A DNA stretch of 64,000 nucleotides from an uncultured Cytophagales bacterium (GTDB taxonomy: Bacteria > Bacteroidota > Bacteroidia > Cytophagales > Bernardetiaceae): NCBI GenBank assembly GCA_963719525.1, contig CAVRCG010000004.1:925579-989578 (forward strand), given 5' to 3'. The notes under the pieces were generated by a model. It did no database searches. It was given only the letters and a program-made list of their open reading frames with translations, and had not been told where the DNA came from. Each line of letters opens with the position of its first letter. Within the stretch, counting starts at the first letter, position 1. Below are positions 50,823 to 60,562 of the stretch, in pieces. The position numbers and the translations under genes were made by a program.

Positions 50823-52424
50823 TTACACCCAAACAGCAAAAATCTCTTTACCGTTGTGTTGAATTTTCTCTTCTTTCCAATTGGGTTTTTCTCTATCATC
50901 AAAAATAAGCAAAAAACCGTTTTCTACGCCGTGAATTTCTAAGTAATTCGAAAGTTGATTTAATCCTTTTTCGTGTAATTTTTCTCCTCTCCAAATTTTG
51001 AGTTCGATAATATATTTCCATTGCAAGTACGTAACAACAATATCCAAACGCTTTTCCTCCGACGTTTCAACTTCTTTAAAATCGTGTCCTTGTCCGTTTA
51101 GAATGGGTTTTAAAAAAGCTAAGAAAATCAAACGCCATTCTCGTTCTATTATGTTTCTATTTTTTTTACTGTACTGCTCTTTCATAAAAGACTGAAACTT
51201 TCGCAGTATAGTTTCCAAATCCAGACTGCCATTATCTTTTACAAATTGACTGCCTAAATAAGATTCTTTTAGATTGTATTGCTGCTCGTGGAGCGTTTTT
51301 ACTAAGCGATTATTTGTCATATAATTATAGATGATTTGCTCATAAATGCGATTATGAATTTTGATAATCCCATTTCCTTTAAAAATCCCATACATTTCCC
51401 CCAATCGTATAGAACTTACGTGAGGATCATAAGGCACTTTAGAACCCTCCAGTAGAATAGCTTCAACCAATCTGTATAAACCTTCGTTGTTCTCTAAATT
51501 TTTTATCAAACTATCAAAATTCGTATTATTTTCTTTTAGTAAAAATTGTACGCTTACTTCCAAATCATCTAATGTCCATCTATTTTTATCTTCTTTGTTT
51601 ATTTCGCCTTTATTAGGTAAAATATCTTCAGCAATGGTTTTGCATAATTTGGAAACCAAAAACGGATAACCTGACGTATAATAATAGAGTTTTTCTGAAA
51701 ACTGCTCAAAATAAATTTGTACGTTTTCGGCTTCACTATATTGTTTGAGCATAAAAGCAATTTCATTTGGGTAAAATTCCATCACAACTTTAAAATCAGC
51801 AGCAATATTCCACGGACTATTATATTGAGTGTCTTCAGGATTACGTAACTTGAATTTTAAAGATTTGATGTCGTGTACTCCTGCCAAAACAATGCTATGG
51901 AAAGTGTAATGTTGAGGCAAATCTCTGCTCAAATATTTGGTACGCAACATACCCAGCAAAACCAAAAAGGGTTCGTAATTACTACTTGCATCGACTTCAT
52001 CTATAAGCAAAACTATTTTTTTTGAAGTCAGATGAACAATATCGGTTATAATGCTTGAAAGTTCTTCGATAGTTTGGGGTAGAACCAACTCCGTTAATTT
52101 GTCTTTTCCTTCAAATTCTTTAGAATAATTCAAAGAACGAAGTAGCTGTGTATAAAAAAACTGTCCGAAGGCAATATCACTTTTGTAAGCCGAAGAACTT
52201 ACTCCTTGAAAATTCATCAGAATAGGTAAGTAATCTTTTCTTTCATTCAATAGTCTATGTAAAGCAAAAAGCATCGTCGTTTTTCCATACTGACGAGGAC
52301 GATTGATAACAAAATAATCTCCATACTTTACCATCTTCATAATTCCTGCAAAACGACGACTATCGTCCATCATATAATGCTCCGATGGGCGACATGTACC
52401 TGTTATGTTAAATGCTTTTTTCAT
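50823..52424 (-). CDS. AAA-ATPase-like + PD-(D/E)XK nuclease family protein, copy 2 (tandem duplicate)
   Basis: 533 aa; >95% identical to copy 1 except a divergent ~80-aa internal cassette (residues ~320-400). Confidence 0.8.
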   Translation of the reverse strand: MKKAFNITGTCRPSEHYMMDDSRRFAGIMKMVKYGDYFVINRPRQYGKTTMLFALHRLLNERKDYLPILMNFQGVSSSAYKSDIAFGQFFYTQLLRSLNYSKEFEGKDKLTELVLPQTIEELSSIITDIVHLTSKKIVLLIDEVDASSNYEPFLVLLGMLRTKYLSRDLPQHYTFHSIVLAGVHDIKSLKFKLRNPEDTQYNSPWNIAADFKVVMEFYPNEIAFMLKQYSEAENVQIYFEQFSEKLYYYTSGYPFLVSKLCKTIAEDILPNKGEINKEDKNRWTLDDLEVSVQFLLKENNTNFDSLIKNLENNEGLYRLVEAILLEGSKVPYDPHVSSIRLGEMYGIFKGNGIIKIHNRIYEQIIYNYMTNNRLVKTLHEQQYNLKESYLGSQFVKDNGSLDLETILRKFQSFMKEQYSKKNRNIIEREWRLIFLAFLKPILNGQGHDFKEVETSEEKRLDIVVTYLQWKYIIELKIWRGEKLHEKGLNQLSNYLEIHGVENGFLLIFDDREKPNWKEEKIQHNGKEIFAVWV

Positions 52425-52570
52425 ATTTTTTGTTGTTTTACATTACAAAGATAGCAAAAAAGCAGGGAGAGGAGAATAAAAAAACGTACTGAAATTTTTG
52501 TTTTAATGTCAAGAAGATTGAAGGCTTGAACTTCTTAGTTAAACTAATTACTTTTTCGTAATTTTACATT

Positions 52571-54676
52571 ATGTCAATTCCATCACACGTAATAGACCAA
52601 ATACGAGATAGCTGCTACATTGAAGAAGTAGTGAGCGATTTTGTTACGCTCAAAAAACAGGGAGCTAGTTTTAAGGCGTGTTGTCCTTTTCATCAAGAAA
52701 AAACTCCTTCTTTTGTTGTTACGCCAAGCAAAGGAATTTTCAAATGTTTTGGGTGTGGAAAAGGAGGAGATAGCATTACCTTTGTGATGGAACACGAAAG
52801 TATGAGCTATCCAGAAGCGTTGAGGTATTTGGCAGGAAAATATAGTATCGAAATTCCAGAGGAAAATGAACGTAGCGACGAAGCAAAACAAGAACAACAG
52901 CATAAAGAAAGCCTTTTAATTGTGCTTGCGTTTGCTCAAAAATTCTATACCGAAAACCTCAAAAATACAGACGAAGGAAAATCTATTGGAGGAAGTTATT
53001 TTAAAGAACGTGGATTTATCCAAAAAACACAAGACAAATTTGAGTTGGGTTATGCTTTTGATGAATGGGATTCTATTCTGAAAGCTGCCACCGAAAAAGG
53101 ATATAGTAAACAGTTTTTGGAAGATACAGGATTAGTAATAAAAAAAGAAGAAGACAGACATTACGACCGTTTTCGTGGTCGTGTTATGTTTCCGATTCAT
53201 AATGTTTCGGGAAGAACGATTGGTTTTGGTGCAAGAGCATTGAAAAAAGACCAACAACCTAAGTATTTAAACAGTCCAGAAACAGAAGTTTATCAAAAAA
53301 GCCACGTTCTTTACGGAATTTTTCAAGCTAAAAATGCTATTCGTAAAGAGGAAAATTGTTATTTAGTAGAAGGTTATACCGACGTAATCGGACTTGCTCA
53401 AGCAGGAATCGAAAACGTAGTAGCAAGTTCGGGAACTTCACTCACAGACGGACAAATAAATCTTCTAAAACGCTATACAGATAGAGTAACCTTACTTTTT
53501 GATGGCGATAAAGCTGGTTTGAAAGCTGCTATTCGTGGAATTGATATTATTTTAGAAAAAGGATTAGATGTTCAAGCCGTTGTTTTGCCAGAAGGACACG
53601 ATCCAGATACATTCGTTACCGAACAAGGAGGAGAAAAAACTAAAACATATTTGGAAAGCAAAGCACAGAATTTTTTGCGTTTCAAGTATCAAGTTTTAGT
53701 TCCAGATAAAGATGACCCAATGGCACGAGCAAGTGCATTGAAGGAGCTTTGTCAGACGATTGCTGTTGTTCCAGATGTTTTTAAGCGTTCTTTGTTGAAT
53801 AAAGAATTGGCGCATTGGATGGAAATAAGTGAGCAGGATGTGATTTTGGAAACTAATAAATTCATTAATCGCAAAACAGAACAGAAACTAAAAGAACAGG
53901 AAAGAGAACAAAATAGGCAGCAGCGAGAAAGACAGCAAAACAGGAATAACCAGAATAATAACCAGAATAATAATCAAAATTCTACTTCAAACAATTCTCA
54001 AAGCAGTAATGATTTAGATTATTTTCCACCTTCAGAATATGAGCAGAGTTATAATTATGAAGAGTTTGGAGGACAAGCCATTGATTTATCCGAATTAGAG
54101 AATGCCTTAAATCCTCAACAGAAAAAAGAACAACAAAACACAGCTTTTTTTCGCCAGTACGAAGACGAAATTACACGCCTTTTGATTCGTTACGGACATC
54201 AAACCATTGCAGGAGGAGAATATATTTGTGATTATATTTTGGAAGAAATTAGTGAAATTCCGTCGATTAATCCATCTTATTCTCAACTTCGTATTATTTA
54301 TGAAAACGCACGTATTCAGAATATTAAAATTTCGTATCAAGAATTATTGACCGATTTTATTCAAAAAGATGAAAAATTAATTCAAATCGTTACAGGATTT
54401 CTGACTGATAATTCAGAGATTAGTCCAAATTGGGAAAAACGGATGCAACTCGTCATTCCGAATGAAGAAAAGCAGTTACATATAATTATTCCTCAAACAA
54501 TTCTGCATTTGAAACGTGTTTATTTGAAAGGAATTTTGAACGAAAATCTACGAAAAATCAAAAAAGCGAATAATCAAAGTCAGGAAGAAATAGAAAAATT
54601 ATTGCTTATCTATCAAGAACTCAAAACACAGGAAATCAAAATTTCTAATGAATTGGGAATTGTTATTCACAAATGA
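52571..54676 (+). CDS. dnaG: DNA primase
   Basis: 701 aa; zinc ribbon CPFHQEKTPSF…CFGCGKGGD, TOPRIM (…YLVEGYTDV…LLFDGDKAG…); Q/N-rich low-complexity insert at residues ~440-480. Confidence 0.9.
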   Translation: MSIPSHVIDQIRDSCYIEEVVSDFVTLKKQGASFKACCPFHQEKTPSFVVTPSKGIFKCFGCGKGGDSITFVMEHESMSYPEALRYLAGKYSIEIPEENERSDEAKQEQQHKESLLIVLAFAQKFYTENLKNTDEGKSIGGSYFKERGFIQKTQDKFELGYAFDEWDSILKAATEKGYSKQFLEDTGLVIKKEEDRHYDRFRGRVMFPIHNVSGRTIGFGARALKKDQQPKYLNSPETEVYQKSHVLYGIFQAKNAIRKEENCYLVEGYTDVIGLAQAGIENVVASSGTSLTDGQINLLKRYTDRVTLLFDGDKAGLKAAIRGIDIILEKGLDVQAVVLPEGHDPDTFVTEQGGEKTKTYLESKAQNFLRFKYQVLVPDKDDPMARASALKELCQTIAVVPDVFKRSLLNKELAHWMEISEQDVILETNKFINRKTEQKLKEQEREQNRQQRERQQNRNNQNNNQNNNQNSTSNNSQSSNDLDYFPPSEYEQSYNYEEFGGQAIDLSELENALNPQQKKEQQNTAFFRQYEDEITRLLIRYGHQTIAGGEYICDYILEEISEIPSINPSYSQLRIIYENARIQNIKISYQELLTDFIQKDEKLIQIVTGFLTDNSEISPNWEKRMQLVIPNEEKQLHIIIPQTILHLKRVYLKGILNENLRKIKKANNQSQEEIEKLLLIYQELKTQEIKISNELGIVIHK

Positions 54677-54940
54677 AAAGGATTTGGAATAATTTTTAAG
54701 AAAATGCTTGATTCTAGTTTATTTAATAAGAATAAACAAACAAAAAATTTTGCATTTTGATAAAAGTAATGTAGATTTGAGTAGAAACAAATTGATTTTT
54801 GCTTTTAGGTTGAATAAAAGCTAAAAAAGTACAATTAGTTCAAATAGAAATTTAATAGTTGTTTAGTACGATATTTGAATACTAATAAACTATATTAACC
54901 TTTAACAATTTACCATTCAATCATAACTAAACTATAAATT

Positions 54941-55321
54941 ATGGGTGCTAAAAAAATACTTATTGCAGAAGATAGTTCTGTAATTCAAAACATTACTCGC
55001 AAAGTATTGCAGTTTCAAAATTATGAAATCGAAACAGCAAAAGACGGTTTGCAAGTATTAGAAGCAATGGCAATGGAAGATTTTGATGCTATTTTAATGG
55101 ACATCAATATGCCAAAAATGGACGGAATGGAATGCGCTAAGAAAATCCGTGCAATGAGTGACCCTAAGAAATCTAAAATTCCAATTATTGCAATTACTGG
55201 AAATGCTCGTAATTATACCTCAAAGGATTTTAATGCCGTAGGAATTAATGATTACATGCAAAAGCCTGTAAATTTTGATGATTTGGTAGAAAAATTGTCT
55301 TCGTATTTAGATGATAAATAA
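54941..55321 (+). CDS. single-domain response regulator (CheY-like receiver)
   Basis: 126 aa; …ILIAEDSS…DAILMDINMPKMDG…IIAITGNA… receiver motifs (DD…D…T…K). Confidence 0.85.
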   Translation: MGAKKILIAEDSSVIQNITRKVLQFQNYEIETAKDGLQVLEAMAMEDFDAILMDINMPKMDGMECAKKIRAMSDPKKSKIPIIAITGNARNYTSKDFNAVGINDYMQKPVNFDDLVEKLSSYLDDK

Positions 55322-55403
55322 ATAAGTAATAAGTAAAAAGATATTTTAAAAAGTATTTTAAAAAGTATTCTCTTCCAAAAACCGATTTTATTTCGGTAAA
55401 ATT

Positions 55404-55452
55404 AAAAACCTTCATTCTTCTATCTTTTCGATAGAATTGTGAAGGTTTTTTG
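55404..55452 (+). terminator. rho-independent terminator after response regulator
   Basis: aaccttca…tgaaggtt 8-bp stem with nested inner hairpin, then T-run. Confidence 0.5.
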
Positions 55453-55544
55453 TGGTTGAAATACTTCTATAAACATTATGCAGCTAAATTTCAATTTATC
55501 TTACTTTATCATTCTCTAATCCCTATTCTCTCGCTCTAACGAAA

Positions 55545-56645
55545 TTACCTTACAAAACTAATTAACCAAACCAAAATTAAACTCACTACCAGACCAGCAA
55601 ATACTTTCAATAAATCAGAACCTATCATTTTCAAAATAGCTGATATATCAGAATAACGTGGATAAAGTGGGTGATTGAGAATATCTTCATTTTTCTCAAT
55701 AAAGATTCCTTTATCTAAAGTATCATCTGGACTGTCTTTAAATCCTTTCTTTTTAGCCTTTTTATTTTCTTGTTTCAAACGAGCTTCAAAAGCAACTTGC
55801 ATATTTATACGAAGATTTATCATCAGTTCTCGTCCTGCTAAAAGACCTACAAAAACCCACGTCGTACTCATCGGAATATCACTCATTTCTTTAAAGACAA
55901 ACAAGATAACACCATAAATAAGGTCGATAATGGTAGCCGAACGAATATCAGATGTATTAGTTTTTGTAGTAACAATTTTTTGAATACTTCCACCACGACT
56001 ATAAAAAATGTAACCCAAAAGAGCCACTAGCATAAGCGTCGATAAGAAAAAAGAAGTAGAGGAAAGGTCGTTTCCACGAGGTAAATACACATAAATATTT
56101 GCTAAATCTTGAATCAACCATTGCGACCACAAAAATCCTGTCGAAAGCCATTGTAAAACTGTCCAGATTCGTTTCTCGTTTTTCTTTATCTCTTTTCTAA
56201 TAAAATTCTCTTCAAAAAATCTACTTATCAATAAATAAATGAAAATAGCAGCACCAAAAGCAACTAAATATCCTAAGCCTGATTTGATAACCATATCGCC
56301 AATTCTTTTTGTTGCAAAGACACTCAACACCAAAAAAGTCGTACTGACAGGAATACCAAAACGAGTAATGATAAGCAAAACTAAAGGAGGCAAAACGTGC
56401 CACCATTGCAGTACTTCTGGAAACGGAATTTTGTCTAATCTTCCATACGCCACACCTTGCCCAGAATACCAACCATAGAAAAGAACACTTATCAAAATTG
56501 TTCCTGTGTAAGCCCAGAGCAAATACCAAGGCGTTTTTCCATTCGAACTAATAAATGTTCCTAGCGTTTGGATTACGTCATTTCCAACTACTGAATAAGC
56601 AGCAAAACTAAACCCCAAAATCATAAATACAATGTGATAATCCAT
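55545..56645 (-). CDS. PiT (PHO4)-like inorganic phosphate transporter family membrane protein
   Basis: 366 aa polytopic membrane protein; N-terminal …YSVVGNDVIQTLGTF… resembles the GANDxxxxxG PiT motif; adjacent to a Na/Pi cotransporter gene. Confidence 0.5.
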   Translation of the reverse strand: MDYHIVFMILGFSFAAYSVVGNDVIQTLGTFISSNGKTPWYLLWAYTGTILISVLFYGWYSGQGVAYGRLDKIPFPEVLQWWHVLPPLVLLIITRFGIPVSTTFLVLSVFATKRIGDMVIKSGLGYLVAFGAAIFIYLLISRFFEENFIRKEIKKNEKRIWTVLQWLSTGFLWSQWLIQDLANIYVYLPRGNDLSSTSFFLSTLMLVALLGYIFYSRGGSIQKIVTTKTNTSDIRSATIIDLIYGVILFVFKEMSDIPMSTTWVFVGLLAGRELMINLRINMQVAFEARLKQENKKAKKKGFKDSPDDTLDKGIFIEKNEDILNHPLYPRYSDISAILKMIGSDLLKVFAGLVVSLILVWLISFVR

Positions 56646-56705
56646 TTTTTTTACTTGATTGTTACTCTAAACTGGTTGTTGTTATTTATTAGTTTAAGTT
56701 GTTTT

Positions 56706-57977
56706 TTATTCCTTATTATTCTGAACAAAGGAAGAATCTTGTTTTACTTCTGTTGTACTTACTTTCTGCAAATCTAAATTATTATGTTGGAAAGAACTAT
56801 AAATCATTCCGAAAGGAAGAACAAAAAATACGACCAACAAATAAGCTAAAGCACTACTTCGATTATTCATCGCAGCCATTCCCAAACGCTGTGAAAGTGA
56901 AATCGGAATCTGCCTCATGAAAGGAACAACAAGGAAAAGTATTGCTCCAATAAGATTGAAAAGAAGATGAACAAGCGCAATCGTAATGGCTGCTTCCGAC
57001 TTGAAAAGTGCTGCCAAAAGTGTCGTGAGTGTAGTGCCAATATTAGCTCCTACAATAAATGGAAAGGCTTTTTGAATATTTACTTTACGAGTAGCGACCA
57101 AAGGAACGACCAAAGAAGTAGTAACCGAACTAGACTGAATAGCTGCCGTTGTGATAAATCCCCAACCAAAAGATTTCCAAACACTTCCAAAAAAAAGCTC
57201 ATGTATTTGTTTCTTTTGTGTTCCTATCATTTGTTCTTTTAAAAGATTGACAAACAATCGAATAGCTAAAAACAGACACAGAATAGCAAAAATGAGAATC
57301 AAGATAGGATAATCATTTAATTTATGGACAATAAAACTAGAAGGAATAGAAATAATAGAAGGAATAAAATTTCCAGAGTTAGCCGAAAAAGGAAATAATT
57401 CGGTTATATATTTAGCAAGACTTGACAAAAAGTGCGTGTAATATTCTAATGGAAAAAGAATAATAGCAGTCAAGACATTAAAAAAATCGTGCAAACTAGC
57501 TGCTGCAAAGGCTTTTCGGAGTTCTTTCTTCTTTGAGATATGACCCAACGCAACAATCGCACTCGTAATAGTTGTTCCTACATTCGCTCCCATAATAATA
57601 GGAGTTGCCGTTTCGATAGTGAGTGCGCCTGCTGCAACGGCTGCCACCACCATTGCCGTAACAGTAGAGCTACTTTGCAAAATTGCAGTAATCAAAAGTC
57701 CGACAAAAATTCCGACAAAAGGGTGAGCAGAAATAGAAAAAATAATATCAGCTACATCTTTTCCAAACAAACGAAAAGCACTCATCAACATATCTATCGA
57801 AACCAAAAACAGACAAACAATCAGTACTGCATACAAAATGCGAAGTAGTAATTTTGAGATATTTGTCTTATTTTCGTTTTCTGGAGTAAGAGTCGGAATA
57901 AGATTAGAAGTATTATTTTGTGGAGGTGCGTTCAAAGAATTAAATAGTTGTATTTTGTTAGTTTTGCCTTTATGCAA
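56706..57977 (-). CDS. Na+/phosphate cotransporter (NptA/type II Na/Pi) family protein
   Basis: 423 aa; duplicated …LQSSS.VT… / …IQSSSVTTSLVV… and GANIGTT motifs characteristic of Na/Pi cotransporter repeats. Confidence 0.8.
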   Translation of the reverse strand: MHKGKTNKIQLFNSLNAPPQNNTSNLIPTLTPENENKTNISKLLLRILYAVLIVCLFLVSIDMLMSAFRLFGKDVADIIFSISAHPFVGIFVGLLITAILQSSSTVTAMVVAAVAAGALTIETATPIIMGANVGTTITSAIVALGHISKKKELRKAFAAASLHDFFNVLTAIILFPLEYYTHFLSSLAKYITELFPFSANSGNFIPSIISIPSSFIVHKLNDYPILILIFAILCLFLAIRLFVNLLKEQMIGTQKKQIHELFFGSVWKSFGWGFITTAAIQSSSVTTSLVVPLVATRKVNIQKAFPFIVGANIGTTLTTLLAALFKSEAAITIALVHLLFNLIGAILFLVVPFMRQIPISLSQRLGMAAMNNRSSALAYLLVVFFVLPFGMIYSSFQHNNLDLQKVSTTEVKQDSSFVQNNKE

Positions 57978-58125
57978 AGTGTGCTTTTTTGCAACTACAA
58001 AGGTAGTGTTTCATTTATCTAGTCTTTATGTTTGGTAAATGAACGATTTGTTAAGTTTTGGTTTACTTAATAAATGCAGTAATTTGATTTATCAAATATC
58101 AAAATCAGTTTAATTTTAGCATAAA

Positions 58126-58842
58126 ATGAAAATATATTTAATTCCGATTTGGTTGGAAGATGGAAATAAGGAAAGTCTTTCGGTAGAAGTGCCATTGATT
58201 ATAAAACAAACAAAATACTTTTTAGTGGAAAATCTACGAACAGCAAGACGTTTTGTTTCTGCTTTGAAATTAGATATTGTAATCGATGATTTAGTTCTTT
58301 TTGAGTTGGATAAAAAAACTACAAAAGCAGAATTAGAAGGTTACTTTAAACAAATCCCACAAAAAGATGAGAACGGTAATCCTACAAAAATAGGAATTAT
58401 GTCAGAAGCTGGTTGCCCTGGAATTGCTAACCCCGGTGCGTTGGCAGTCGAATATGCACACAAAAATAATATTGAAGTTGTTCCTCTTGTTGGAGCGTCT
58501 TCGATTTTGTTGGCACTTATGGCTTCTGGTTTTAATGGACAAAATTTTGCTTTTCATGGTTATCTTTCAATTGATAAAGAAAAACGTCAGAATGAAGTCA
58601 AAAACTTAGAATCGGAAAGCCAAAAATTAAAACGTTCGCAGATTTTTATGGAAACACCTTATCGAAATAATTCTATTTTAAAGGATATTTTGAAAGTCTT
58701 GAATCCGAAAACTAAGCTTTGTATTGCTTCAAATATTACCTCTCAAAATCAATTTATCAAAACAAAAACGGTTGCAGAATGGAAAAAAGAAATACCAGAT
58801 TTACACAAAATTCCGACTATTTTTGTTCTATATGCAGTATAA
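58126..58842 (+). CDS. SAM-dependent methyltransferase, tetrapyrrole-methylase fold (RsmI-like)
   Basis: 238 aa; …IYLIPIWLEDGN… N-terminus and SEAGCPGIANPG (EAGTPGISDPG-like) motif. Confidence 0.65.
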   Translation: MKIYLIPIWLEDGNKESLSVEVPLIIKQTKYFLVENLRTARRFVSALKLDIVIDDLVLFELDKKTTKAELEGYFKQIPQKDENGNPTKIGIMSEAGCPGIANPGALAVEYAHKNNIEVVPLVGASSILLALMASGFNGQNFAFHGYLSIDKEKRQNEVKNLESESQKLKRSQIFMETPYRNNSILKDILKVLNPKTKLCIASNITSQNQFIKTKTVAEWKKEIPDLHKIPTIFVLYAV

Positions 58843-58859
58843 TAAAGTTAGAAGCCAGA

Positions 58860-59543
58860 ATGAAGAAGTTAGAAGTAAATACAATTTTAATCACAGAGTT
58901 CACAGAGGAATACAAATACTTTTTTCTGAAAAGAAATATGTTTTTTTCTGTTTTTTCTATAGTTTTTTTCTCGTTTTTTCTGCATTCAAATTTTGCTTCT
59001 GCTCAACTGGTTTCAGCAGGTTTTTTGACACAAGCAAATTATTCAAGGATTCGAAATATTGAAAATGTACGTCGTATTTCTTATGGTGCAGGTGGATTTT
59101 TGGAAATAAAATTGAAAGATAATTGGGCTATTCGACCACAGATTTTTTACAATCAAATTGGAGGAAATATAGGTTTAGAAAGACCAACTGAAAATTCTTT
59201 GCGCCTGCATTATTTAGAAAATCAATATTCACTTTCTTATATTTTTGAGGGTAATTACTGGCATTATCAAGTTTCGGCAGCACTTTCAGCAGCTTATCTT
59301 TGGAGAGCAAGGTTTGGACAAAATCCTGCTATTGATTTGCGTTGGGCAACTCACGATTTTGATTTTGGCTGGTTAGTGGGTTTTGGTTTTCGGTATGAAA
59401 CAGGTAATTGGCGATGGCTTTCAACTGAATTTCGGCATTATTGGGGAAGGAACTCTGTTTTTTTAGATGAATTTGGTTTTCCTGTTCGCAATTCTGTTTT
59501 TTCGGTTCGATTGGCGTATAGTTTTGCTTTGAAAATGAAGTAA
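58860..59543 (+). CDS. outer-membrane beta-barrel protein (start moved to MKKLEV…)
   Basis: signal-like hydrophobic N-terminus, alternating aromatic/hydrophobic beta-strand pattern, C-terminal …RLAYSFALKMK (terminal aromatic-x-hydrophobic typical of OM barrels). Confidence 0.5.
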   Translation: MKKLEVNTILITEFTEEYKYFFLKRNMFFSVFSIVFFSFFLHSNFASAQLVSAGFLTQANYSRIRNIENVRRISYGAGGFLEIKLKDNWAIRPQIFYNQIGGNIGLERPTENSLRLHYLENQYSLSYIFEGNYWHYQVSAALSAAYLWRARFGQNPAIDLRWATHDFDFGWLVGFGFRYETGNWRWLSTEFRHYWGRNSVFLDEFGFPVRNSVFSVRLAYSFALKMK

Positions 59544-59546
59544 TTA

Positions 59547-59752
59547 GCATGTCGCTGGTGCAACGTTATTACGTTAAGGATTTTCCATGTCGCTCGTGGG
59601 ACACGAGCAACGGAGGAGTTATTTTTTAGTTTAAAAAGAAACTAATTTACCAAATAAAATTTGTTTTCTGACAAAATACCTTACCATTGCTCGTGTCCCA
59701 CGAGCGATACAACCACTACAATCCTTAACTTAATGACATTGCATGAGCGATA
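59547..59752. repeat. MITE-like element: two ~65-bp inverted copies of a REP family-2 unit (gctcgtgggacacgagc core) flanking a 70-bp AT-rich spacer
   Basis: left copy 59547-59612 (…ccatgtcgctcgtgggacacgagcaacgg…); right copy 59684-59752 is its reverse complement (ccattgctcgtgtcccacgagcgatacaacc…); ttaaggatt / aatccttaa also inverted. Confidence 0.6.
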
Positions 59753-59768
59753 CAAAACATCAAAAATT

Positions 59769-60302
59769 ATGTCAAATTACACACCATCCAAATCATTCGA
59801 AAAAATAAATTTTACAGAAAAAGAGTTGCCAAAAGGAGAATATGAAGAATGTGTTTTTCTAAATTGTAACTTTGCTGAGAGTAATTTATCAGGAATTACC
59901 TTCATAAATTGTAATTTTAGTGGCTGCAATCTAAGCAACACAAAATTAGGTAATACATCGTTTCAAGATACAAAATTTAAAGATTCCAAACTTTTAGGAC
60001 TTCAATTTTCAGATTGTAATCCTTTTTTGCTTACGCTACATTTTGAAAACTGTTTGCTTGATTTTTCTTCATTCTATAAACTTAATTTGACAGGCTTTAC
60101 GTTCAAAAATTCTACCTTAAAGGAAGTTGATTTTACAGACTCTAACCTTAAAAAAAATAGTTTTGAGAACTGTGAATTGGAAAGAGCAGTTTTTGAAAAT
60201 ACCAATCTGGAAGGCACAGACTTTTCGAAAGAGCAACCAATTATTCTATCAATCCATCGAAAAACAAAATTAAGAAAGCTAAGTTTTCAAGTAGTGGAAT
60301 AA
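59769..60302 (+). CDS. pentapeptide-repeat protein (start moved to 59769, MSNYTPS…)
   Basis: tandem A(D/N)LxG-like pentapeptides (…CNFAESNLSGITFINCNFSGCNLSNTKLGNTSFQDTKF…); the upstream extension in the ORF track reads through the REP element. Confidence 0.7.
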   Translation: MSNYTPSKSFEKINFTEKELPKGEYEECVFLNCNFAESNLSGITFINCNFSGCNLSNTKLGNTSFQDTKFKDSKLLGLQFSDCNPFLLTLHFENCLLDFSSFYKLNLTGFTFKNSTLKEVDFTDSNLKKNSFENCELERAVFENTNLEGTDFSKEQPIILSIHRKTKLRKLSFQVVE

Positions 60303-60562
60303 AAGGACTTTTAGATGCGTTTGATATTCTGATAGAATAAGCTAAACAAAACAGTAATTACTGTCTAACAAAAATCTTTATTCGGTCTGTATTTGTTAAT
60401 TAGACTTAAACATTGTATTTTTGTTGTTTAGACAAATAGTGCTACTCTTTAAACGTTTTCCTTTGTGTAGGAACGTAAATTTAGATAAATCACTACTTTT
60501 TTTAACATATCAATCAGTTTGTAAGTCTATGAGTTATAATTTTAGTTCATAATTTTTAATCT

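Noticed and set aside
58719-58860. Upstream extension of the OM beta-barrel ORF (and overlapping 112-aa ORF 58724-59062)
   Set aside because: Extension overlaps the 3' end of the methyltransferase gene in another frame and lacks a signal peptide; the internal Met at 58860 gives a sensible N-terminus.
59661-59768. ORF-track start of the pentapeptide-repeat gene
   Set aside because: The first 36 codons are a read-through of the palindromic REP/MITE-like element (…CSCPTSDTTTTILNLMTLHERY…); start reassigned to 59769.
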